A stretch of 64,000 nucleotides of DNA from Salisapilia sapeloensis CBS 127946. Lineage: Eukaryota; Protista; Oomycota. Positions 54,101 through 62,630 of the stretch are shown here, piece by piece. Location of the stretch: positions 1-64,000 of the forward strand of contig JAADVB010000090.1 in the NCBI GenBank assembly GCA_023334545.1, given 5' to 3'. Within the stretch, counting starts at the first letter, position 1, and each line of letters begins with the position of its first letter. The notes beneath the pieces are model-generated. The model was not told the DNA's origin. It ran no database searches and worked only from the letters and a program-made list of their open reading frames with translations. The position numbers were made by a program, and so were the translations under genes.

Positions 54101-55978
54101 GACGGTTGTAACGTTGCTGTCCATCAGCACTGTTACGGTCTCTCGTTTGTCCCTACGGACGAATGGTTCTGTGACTTTTGTGAACAGACCAAAGCGAGCA
54201 AGTGCCAACGGGATAAGAAGATAGTTACTTGTGCACTGTGTCCGATCCGAGGCGGAGCGGTTAAGAAAACTGAGTGTGGGCACTGGGTCCACGTCCAGTG
54301 CTTTCTCTGGATACCAGAGCTTTCGCTCACGTACGACACGACTGGTGTTCATCTTGGCTCCCTACAAGCACTTGATAGTGATCGAAAGGATCTCAAATGT
54401 GTACTATGCCACTCGTCCAGAGAACACGGTATCATCCAATGCGCTTATAAGCAATGTCTCGTCGCTTTCCATGTCTCGTGTGGCTTTGCAGCAGCCGAGT
54501 ACTCTTTCCGTCAGCAGGCTCAAGCGTTCCAAGCGTACTGTCCACAGCACAAGAGCAGACAGGATCCAAGTCAAGTGTTGTGGTCACCTCTATCGCTCCG
54601 AGCGACACAGGAGACAGGAAGCATGCGAAAGTTTAAGCGATTGAGACGAGGTGAGAAGAAGAAGAAGTCACCTAATAAGAAAAGGAAAAGGAACTTGTTT
54701 GTGGAGGAAGAAGCTGAGGTGGACGGCAGCGTCCAGTGTGAGTCGCAGGAGGAGGAGGAGGAGGCTTTTAGTGATTCGTTTATTGATGATAATACGCACA
54801 TGTTCTCGCCGTCACAGACACAGGTGGATGCCAGTATGCAAGATATGCGAGCAGTGTACACTCGATCACTTCGAGAATCTCCCGACTTTCTCATGAAAGG
54901 GATTGGGAAAGGCGTCTTCCCCACCGGTGGCATCATTGAAAGCTGCATGCGGGACATGCCGTCACCGAATCTGACGCCGATTGAACGCAATCTGAACGAT
55001 TCGTGGAGTCAAGATGTACCGACACCGCATGAAGAGATGGATAGCGTTCCATCCTTTGAGATGCTCCCATCTCGAGAGGAAGCGAAGGAGACGGGGAGTG
55101 TAGACAGGAGTCATGCTCCGTCCTTTGAGCTCTTGTCACCTCCGGTCACAAAACGAAAGAAGATAAAACATGTAGATACGACTAGCGCACCGTCTTTTGC
55201 GTTGATGCCACCTCCAAAGCAGAGTCCTGTGCAATCAAATCGTGATGCTCCTCCGTCCTTTGCATTGCTGCCATCTCCAGAGGATGAGGAAGAGAAGAAA
55301 CGACGTATGGAGGCGAATCGATTGGAGGCATTGGCAAAGCTCAAGGCGAGGCAGCAAGCTCGACAACAGCCCAAGACTGTGGTGTGGGCAAGCACAACCT
55401 TTGCGAACTCTAGCGTCGTTCAGAATCTAAAAGGTAGCGGAGGATTAGTGGAGCTGGACGACAGGTTGGAAGCAGACTTGCTTTTAAGCACGAAGACGGC
55501 AGTTAAAGTCTTGCAGGCAGAAAAAGTCGTTCGACTTGGCAAGTCGGTGCTGCATCATCCGGACGTGGCAAAACTATCACAAGTGTTTCAAAAATTAGTC
55601 GTTGTGGTTGAAGTCGGACAGTTCGAGACGCAGCTCCAAACCTTCGTAAACGTACATAGTCCAGGTATAGAAGTGGTAGCAAAGCGTACGACGGTGGAGG
55701 TGACGGGACGGCTCATGGAGATTGCTAAAGCGGAGCAAGAGTTTGGGATATCAAGACGCACGGTGAAGACGCAGTTGGACGAGCACTTTTGGCCTCGAGT
55801 CGACTTTTTCCAACGTTTCCCATCACTATCTACGGGAAGTATCCTGTCGCTAAGCTTTCGCTTTCGTAATTTTACCGTCGACAAGATTCCGGTGAAGAAA
55901 CTGAATGCCATGCACTGGAAACGCATGCTACCATGGATCTCCGATGCGAGTGCGAAACAGCTTGTGGCTTACTTTTGA
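51107..55978 (+). CDS. FANCM: FANCM/Mph1 DEAH helicase with RanBP2 zinc finger, PHD + ePHD module and C-terminal ERCC4-like/HhH region; intronless
   Basis: VRDYQLNI, LPTGLGKT, VVDEAHRATGNYAY, ATCIAEEGLDIG, SPVRMIQRMGRTGRKR. WSCHKCTLLN...CAMC (RanBP2). FVEEEAEV...SFIDD...MRAVY motif. Confidence 0.95.
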   Translation: MELPQEEEWDDAILSEISMLETSHLQRRQTPNLSENRSNQATMDQTSDQWSCHKCTLLNAATLSYCAMCKTPRSGQNSVVSKGKVQSTLSFGGSSRRPPPRPGPSQAPKRSLPTKPIASKSPALQSIQPVNLIERPRQAQREDPIAAKRYLDISPGEQPHYDATAIHKFVYPTNYQVRDYQLNISERSLYHNTLVTLPTGLGKTLIASVVMYNFYKWFPQGQIVFMAPTKPLVAQQIRACHEIMGIDTSETAQLQGNVPPATRAQLWRTKRVFFCTPQSLQNDVEKGRCLADRFVCLVVDEAHRATGNYAYCNVIKAVESQTRTFRVLALSATPGAKYDVIQDVIKNLRISHVECRNADDVDVKRFTHARQEEVVKCGLTQPLTELKTAYLKVIARVAQRLALINALPQKDPDKLNRWFVLQRRQAFRESSLYASNRGAEADFALLVSLVHARDLLTIHGLSSFQEYVQGWIDEQQTGRLSWSKKDMFQSEEFKAVQTYLSDLAGPSEASRPENHPKFAKLKEILLEHFRRHDQGGHHSTRAIVFTQYRASVSEIVKLLKPLSPMIRVQPFIGQGQSGKGKDGKGMSQKLQQEIVHKFRQGEFNVLTATCIAEEGLDIGDVDLIVSFDALTSPVRMIQRMGRTGRKRVGRVVVLVTEGDEEKKLQRSERAAKSVSKALTMYKSKFEYCSCARMVPEGICPELSELRMEIPEFHASQVAGKGPVLEKKKKSLTWRLTEMEEMVGRARFFPEKMDELGRKAVFPLMTNSFHLCKPREYVVGKKSTVLQDIVRQIRGVDVSEEENKVEDVEVDADEYNSPIVEESQGSFFQFNGFSDVVTMDEAEAENKTPVHWTEPTPTTVQKTSAKKRKESGVDASVLAQGTALLAELRELASVETPLVSHSPEGNKSLNAASPPTHTSPRPDFPRISLPRRLFNHVDTCHDGNVVPSPPKQATENAKASQESAVLTPSASPIITRTQDVDCSVCGEKESYEEDVIVLCDGCNVAVHQHCYGLSFVPTDEWFCDFCEQTKASKCQRDKKIVTCALCPIRGGAVKKTECGHWVHVQCFLWIPELSLTYDTTGVHLGSLQALDSDRKDLKCVLCHSSREHGIIQCAYKQCLVAFHVSCGFAAAEYSFRQQAQAFQAYCPQHKSRQDPSQVLWSPLSLRATQETGSMRKFKRLRRGEKKKKSPNKKRKRNLFVEEEAEVDGSVQCESQEEEEEAFSDSFIDDNTHMFSPSQTQVDASMQDMRAVYTRSLRESPDFLMKGIGKGVFPTGGIIESCMRDMPSPNLTPIERNLNDSWSQDVPTPHEEMDSVPSFEMLPSREEAKETGSVDRSHAPSFELLSPPVTKRKKIKHVDTTSAPSFALMPPPKQSPVQSNRDAPPSFALLPSPEDEEEKKRRMEANRLEALAKLKARQQARQQPKTVVWASTTFANSSVVQNLKGSGGLVELDDRLEADLLLSTKTAVKVLQAEKVVRLGKSVLHHPDVAKLSQVFQKLVVVVEVGQFETQLQTFVNVHSPGIEVVAKRTTVEVTGRLMEIAKAEQEFGISRRTVKTQLDEHFWPRVDFFQRFPSLSTGSILSLSFRFRNFTVDKIPVKKLNAMHWKRMLPWISDASAKQLVAYF

Positions 55979-56027
55979 CACCAGTGTAATGAATAAACTA
56001 AAGTGTTGTGGAATCGACTGTACGGTG

Positions 56028-57356
56028 TTAAAGCTTTAGCTTGGCGATCGTGTCGATCGCTCGGTCCAGTGTCTCGTCGTCCTTGCAATAGGCAACTCGT
56101 AGTACGCCAGGCGAAAGCTGGTTCTCAGCCTCAGAGAAAGATGGGGACGTAGGAATGACTGCAAGTCCATGCTCCTTGCATAACTTGTACGCGAGCTGAT
56201 AGTCCGGGTAGTCTTGCTTTTCCGTGTCCTTGGTGATGGTAACCTTGTCGGCAAGTTGCTGGAAGGCGGATGTGTGCGATACATCGCAGCAGACAAAATA
56301 GCCGCCTTCCGGGACGATCGGCCGCCAGTTCGCTTTGCGTAGGGCATCGACCATACGATCTCTCTTGTTCTGGAGTAGAGATGGTAACTCGTTCAAGTAG
56401 TTGTTCTCTTGAGCTGTACGGAAGCATTTCGAGAGCGCGACCTCGAATGGTGTCGTCCCACAGAACGGTACGACGCTATGGGCTTTAATGATGGGAGCAA
56501 TGAGATGCTCTGGACCAACGGCGTAGCCCACTCGCCAGCCAGTGCACGAGAATGTTTTGCCAGCACTGAAGAGTGAGATGGTGCGGTCGAACATACCATC
56601 GTATGTCCCGATGCGTTCGTGCTTGGCACCGTCAAAGACCATGAACTCGTAGACTTCATCCGACAGCACCTTGACGTGCGGGTGACGGCTTAAGACTTGA
56701 ACGATAGCTTCCAGCTCGTCCTTCTGGAAGACTTTGCCAGTCGGGTTATGCGGTGTATTGAGTACGATCATGCGCGTCTTATCCGTAATCGCGGCCTCGA
56801 GCTTTGCAGGATCTAGCTTAAAGTCTCCAGAGGAAAACGTCGCGCTCGTATCGTTGCTTTCAAAGGCAGCACGTTTCGCATCGGAGATTTCAAGAGGAAT
56901 ACCAATCGTCTTGAGACCAAGGACAGTCGCACACGTGCGATAGGCGTCAAAGTACGGCTCGATGGTAATCACCTCGTCCCCAGCTTCGAGTAAGGCATTT
57001 AGAGTCGAAAAGATACCTTCCTGCGCACCGTTAAACGTAACGAGATTGGTCATCGGGTCGAGTTCCCGGTCGAATAGAGGAGAGTACATTTCAGCTAGAG
57101 TTTGGACGAAGGCTGGATGGCCTCCAGGACGCGTGTATTGGTTGTTCTCTTCCTGGATCGCCTTGATAGCAGCGTCCTTGACAAAGTCCGGCGTACCGAA
57201 GGACGGGAAGCCTTGGCCGAGGTTGATCGCTTCATGCTGTGCAGCGAGGCCTGATATCTCGGCAAAGACGTTGCCGCCGAGTTTGCTTACTCTAGAGCTG
57301 CTGTGGCGCATCTGGGAGGATCGAAGGAGTTGTTTGAACGGACGCCTGCTGCGCAT
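56028..57356 (-). CDS. Class I PLP aminotransferase, kynurenine--oxoglutarate transaminase (KYAT1/CCBL)-like, probable mitochondrial presequence
   Basis: AINLGQGFP, NQYTRPGGH, LNTPHNPTGKV, SDEVYE and the PLP lysine motif SAGKTFSCTGWRVGY. Confidence 0.92.
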   Translation of the reverse strand: MRSRRPFKQLLRSSQMRHSSSRVSKLGGNVFAEISGLAAQHEAINLGQGFPSFGTPDFVKDAAIKAIQEENNQYTRPGGHPAFVQTLAEMYSPLFDRELDPMTNLVTFNGAQEGIFSTLNALLEAGDEVITIEPYFDAYRTCATVLGLKTIGIPLEISDAKRAAFESNDTSATFSSGDFKLDPAKLEAAITDKTRMIVLNTPHNPTGKVFQKDELEAIVQVLSRHPHVKVLSDEVYEFMVFDGAKHERIGTYDGMFDRTISLFSAGKTFSCTGWRVGYAVGPEHLIAPIIKAHSVVPFCGTTPFEVALSKCFRTAQENNYLNELPSLLQNKRDRMVDALRKANWRPIVPEGGYFVCCDVSHTSAFQQLADKVTITKDTEKQDYPDYQLAYKLCKEHGLAVIPTSPSFSEAENQLSPGVLRVAYCKDDETLDRAIDTIAKLKL

Positions 57357-58513
57357 AATTTCGATCGCACAATGAATTTGAGCTTGAAGTAGGGACGCCG
57401 GACATGCCATCTTGAAAAGGCATTGTGCAATCGCATTTCGATCGGCGCAGAATGCTTCTTGATGCTGGATACCAGAGAGATCTATTGCTTGGATCTTGTT
57501 TGAAGGATGTTTGATGAGATTGTGCTTTATGGCTCCGTCGGATGTTGATAGCTCGAAGCGTTATAACGGATACTTTGATTGGAGAGGTGGTCGATAGCAG
57601 CAAGAGGTTACTGGATATGCGTAGTAAGCTTAGAGTGACAGGACTGAAGTATTTTGCGGTGAAGACGATGAAGATGGTGTAATTAAAAAGCTTAATTTTG
57701 ATACAAGAAGGGTCGTCGGCGATACTGCAGCCACGAGATCTCGTCTAAAACCAGCAGTTTAAGTTTCTATTCGACATGAAGGTAGCGATAAATCCGATCA
57801 AGTTGCCTTCCAGTCTTTCGCGACACCATCTATAAGTACGATTGGTCCCTTGACACATCACTAGGATGTTGAAATCGCGCGTCATTGAAGAATAGAAGGA
57901 TATATCGGAACTTTGCCTTGCATTGTGAACGCCGTAGATACATCCGTTATGTTGCCAACACAAGTATGTTCGTGACCGATCAAGCGGAGGTGGTTGCTGG
58001 GAAACACGGATACGCTGACCGGACGCAGCCTCAAGCGAAGGTAACTGAATAATGGACTTTCATGGACTGAGTAAATACAGCGAGTTCACCGGGAATGGAC
58101 TCGTGCGAATGGATGGAAGTGACCGGTAACGGCATGGGAAGTTTTCATGCTTATGTCACTATCAAGCCTACCTTTTTGTCTCTTAGACCCTGCTAGCGAG
58201 CCAAAGCAGTACACGTGACAACTACAGCGCTGCAAGTCAAGATAGTTTGCCAGTAGCTGGATAAGGAACTTTGAGTTTAGACAAACTATTGGAAAATAAA
58301 AGATGAAGAAGGCTCTGGATCCATGAGACGACAATTCTTGTGGCTGGACGCGAAAGAAATACGAAAAAGGGAACAGAGAGCTTTGAGTGGTGATTTTGCA
58401 TTCATGCAGCTGTACATGACTGTGAGAAAATGCAAGTTTAAAGTAATAAAGCCTGAGATGCTAGTGCAAGCTAGAGAACGATAATACTGCACAAGTCCGC
58501 CGGCAAAATCCAA

Positions 58514-60333
58514 TCACTGGCCTGCTACCCAAGCCCGGCTTTCTGGCGTGCTCATCTGAAGCCTCCTGCTCGTCATTTTGGCCCATGCCTTCTGCCGCTT
58601 GGCTTCATTCTCTATCGCATTCGCGTCCACTTCGGCCCAATCCAAGTGATTTGCTTCTTGCACGAGTTCATCCCATTCATCATCGGCTGATCGACCGCTT
58701 GCGGACTGTTCCATGTAGGAATGGCTTTCGACACTGGACGCTACACCTGTGGGTGTGCACAGGTTGATGTAGCTCCCCATCGGCGTCGAATCCGAGCTTA
58801 GGTCGGAAAGCGAATGGATATTCAGCTCCTCTCCATCACATGTCTGCTGTTCCCTCGACAGCAAATTGTCTGCTTCATCCGAGTACAAGCGATTTCTCGA
58901 GACAAAAGTCGAACCCTGGCCTAAACTATCGTAGCGACCAGCAAGTATCTGCTGCCGAGCACACTTATAGGAACTCTCTTGTGTAATGCGAATCGAGCAG
59001 CGGTCGCACATTCTAACTTTAGACCGCTTCATGCGAAGGACAGGAAGAATGTCGATGCTCACCTTTGCCAACGTACAGCTACTGCAAGTGACCACGCCAC
59101 ATAATAGGCAGCTATAACGCTTGCGGAAAGGAGCAAAGCGTTTCATGCACATCATACAGACCGAGGAGCTACGATCGTTAGCATTCACCGCGCTCTGTCG
59201 GTCCGCGTATTCATTAAGAAGACTTTGACTCTGAAGGATCCAGGACAGTTTTCGATGATTTGCACAATCCACAGAGCTTGAGCACATGAGCAGCCCACCA
59301 GCAGTGACTATGAATGAGATGGAAGACGAGTGAGATCACATCTGAATGGTGAAGTGTAGAAATGGGTAAATGACTTAAAGTACCTTTCTCGGCGATACTA
59401 TCCAATACCTATGGATTATGATCGCATTAGAGAAAGAGATGAGAAAGTAGATCGCGGTAACAAGCTTTAATGTTTGAATATACCTTGCCGAAAGCCTCGT
59501 AGTATCCTTTTACGTACACATCGACTGTATTCCCCTCAACCTGTTTGAAAATGATACACGAACTGAGCCGTGCTCGTACCATGTTTTTACGTGGCGGTGT
59601 TTCCCACAAGTCCACGCTGTGAGCTACGTAGTAACCAGCTTTGGTTCCATCTTCAAGCTTGATGATTCCGGTCGCAGCCACGAGCACCATGTCACGAGCC
59701 TTTACTATGGTTTGAAGACCAGGACCAGGCGTATTGACCATCCACTGGAGAGTCATAGAGCGGTATGGCTGATCTGGTGTCGGGGCCTCTATCACAGCGA
59801 GTCTACAGTGCAATAATGGTACGTCATATAAATTCATATCCCAGCGTCACTGCAAACTCTGTACGTTTGTCCGTCGACGGCGTTCATCTTTGCGTACGCA
59901 GACTGTTGTTGCAGGGAGGCCGAGTCCGGACTCATGATCCCAAACATGATGTCATCGAGCGACCCGTCGATAGTACCGGTTCCAACAAGCAGCTTTGGAG
60001 CTTGCCATTCGCTATTGCTACTGCTTTCAGAGTCTCGGCAACTGTCTTTAGAAGAGATACGTTCCTTGTAAATGGTAATCTTCCCTCGACGCTTAACAGG
60101 TTTCCAATGGACTCGGTCGAGCATCCTTGGTACCATCTTATCATACCTACGAAAACATCATCGTCATAATGAGCAAGTGCGAGGCAATACTTCTTTGGCA
60201 AAACCCCGTACTCTTTATAATCCCGAATAACTTCCTGGACGAGTCCAAGACCGATCCGTTTGCAGTCGACTTGCTGCTCTGGCGAAAGCTGAACGGACGG
60301 ATATGCATTCGATGGCCAGAACTCGATAGTCAT
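58514..60333 (-). CDS. START-like + FYVE-like protein (5 exons)
   Basis: Four short GT-AG introns join ORFs 59932-60333, 59834-60136, 59427-59837, a micro-exon (VLDSIAEK) and 58514-59287 in frame. Motifs HWKPVK, DDIMFG, TPDQPYR, RDMVLV, RKLSW and CMMC...CLLCG.VTCSSC...MCDRC. Confidence 0.85.
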
Positions 60334-62423
60334 TGCAAACCTTCTTGTTCCTGGTGGATGGATCAGTTAAAATGGCCTCGTCTAGCACTGTCTTACTGGA
60401 TCATCCGCCTACATGTGCTATATTTGTCACGATAGGGAAGAAGGTCTGTAATATTTACTATACCGTATTCATGCGTCCAGAACAAAATACTCAATACTTG
60501 GGAGAATTGGTAGCTAGCGGTGTACATGGCAACTATTTTAGCTCTGATGTCTATTGTCAACTGACGAGTATCAGGGAGCTCCCTGATACTATTGTCGATG
60601 TCAAACCAAGAAGTTCCAGATGTATTGAGATGTAGCCATGATTAGAATGAAGATGGCTTTCTTTGTAGTCGACAGCTCTCCACGAGACAAGTAGGGGCAG
60701 AAGAAGCATTATATCAGATTGACGAAAACGGCTTCGCCTAGCTAGATTTCTCTGCAAAAACAGAAATTCGCTAGATTACTAGTAACCGCATGGATATGAG
60801 ATTTTATCGAGGAGGACGCGAATTACTACTACTGTGATATAGACGAGTTTAAGAAAGGGACATAGAGACACATCCTGCAAGCTAAACGAAACGAGGTAAC
60901 ATATCCTTTGATACGCTTTAGTTTCTGATCTAGTTGTGACATCTAGAAACTTGGCTGATCGATTTCAGATACTTCGCGCCGAGTACGTGCGCTCATGTCG
61001 TTACTAGCAATAGCTCAACCAACATGACATCTCAGGGACTGAATTGAGCTTAAGGATCTTTTCGCTACGTCGAATGAGCCGTTTAAATGGCGAGAAGGTA
61101 CTCTATTTGCTATTGGCATGTTGCTTTTATTCATTACCATCCCGTCGATTGTGATCATGCGCGCGAGTGATCAGAAAAGTAGTAGAACCAATTAGAAGAA
61201 GCCACGATGTTATTTGCTTTCGTTTCTTTCATGTATATGTGCGAACGAATTTAAATCTGACAACGTTCTCAGACGTCTTTTGCATGTGAGATGTCCAACG
61301 GCAACCGAAGACAACCTTTCGTAGAACTGCTGACTTGTTTAGTTGAATGATTAGATCCTTGCTCTCAATCTACCTTGTCTGGCTTGTCGCAATGATCGAA
61401 CTATCGATACCAGCTAATGTGAGCAACTATACTTGGCGCGAAGAGGAAGCACCCGTTACGTTCAATGTGACCTCGAAAGTCGGATATAAAAGACTTTGAT
61501 TAGGCCATTTTGCGTTGTAGCGATGCATTTGTCAGATAGGTTGAGATAGCACTTAATAAATATTGACTTGTGGATGACGCGAAGCAAGTTGTCTATGATT
61601 TTGCCATCGGAAACACAATCAAAAGTATCCTGAACACAATTAGCATACAAAAGTTAAACTTCTGTACACTTTTGCATGGGAAGATCATGTCTAGTTGATT
61701 CATCTTAAATGTGTTCTATAGGACTCTTAGTGTATGCGTGGTAAAATGTGCCAAGGCGCCACTGGCGATTTTTGGGCTCGTTGTGGTGTTTAAAAAGAGA
61801 CTATATCGGCTTATACTCTTCCCGTTGGCTGGATTTGCAGACCACTTGCAGCGTTGTTGTGAGATCTGTCGTTGAGTCGTGGTGTGCGAAACATGGCTAC
61901 TTGTCAAACAACTCGTTGAGAAATGCAATCAGAGGAAACTCAATGGGATGCTCGAACTGTGCGAATTTCGCCTTGAGATTCACGGCATTCGAACCGTAAC
62001 TTCAACAAGAACTCTCTTCCTCTCTCTCTCTTTTACTCTTCCTCTCTGCGATATTGGCTTAATCATCAAATCCTAGGCGATGCTTAACCACGGTGTAGAC
62101 GAAATTACACGTCGTTTCGACGTGAGTAGAGGGAAATACAACTGTGTGTAGCAAGTAGCCCAATAGTTTTTGGTGTACGCTAGGTAGACATTCACCCTAC
62201 CGGTGAATGAGTACATGGTATAAATTGCCTTTTCAAAGTCCGTAACGAGAGTATGGGGTGTAATGACGTAACTGCAAAGTATCCTCTAGACATGTTTGGT
62301 CCGAGCCATCTGATCAACGACATGGTTCCCGACATAGTAAACTGTACGTTTTCTCTGCATCCTCGATGAGTCAATTCTTATTGTCGTTCGCTTCTATCTC
62401 AGCGCAAAACTTTCTCACCATCC

Positions 62424-62437
62424 TCATTCACAAATCC
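62424..62437 (+). promoter_or_regulatory. Putative oomycete-type initiator (INR/FPR-like) element
   Basis: TCATTCACAAATCC about 200 bp upstream of ATG 62631, closely resembling the element upstream of the P5 ATPase. Confidence 0.35.
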
Positions 62438-62630
62438 ATTCTCTTGCTTTCTGTCGGAAGAGCTCACACGGAGCTTGTGCACCAATCGTAGTTACAAGCA
62501 CATCATAGAGGTCTCAAGTGAGCCTGGACTAGGGTAAGTGTGTCCATCGTCGTCACCTGGACAGCTCCGCCATAAAAGAGCCGTCACGCGATCGAGCATT
62601 AGAGTCACGAGCGGAAGAATTAGAAAAGCG

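Noticed and set aside
59214-60333. Apparent frameshifts (pseudogene) in the minus-strand START-FYVE gene
   Set aside because: All frame changes are resolved by short canonical GT-AG introns.
62109-62126. Perfect 7-bp hairpin CACGTCG-TTT-CGACGTG
   Set aside because: A few such stems are expected by chance in 64 kb, and there is no surrounding tRNA or terminator context.
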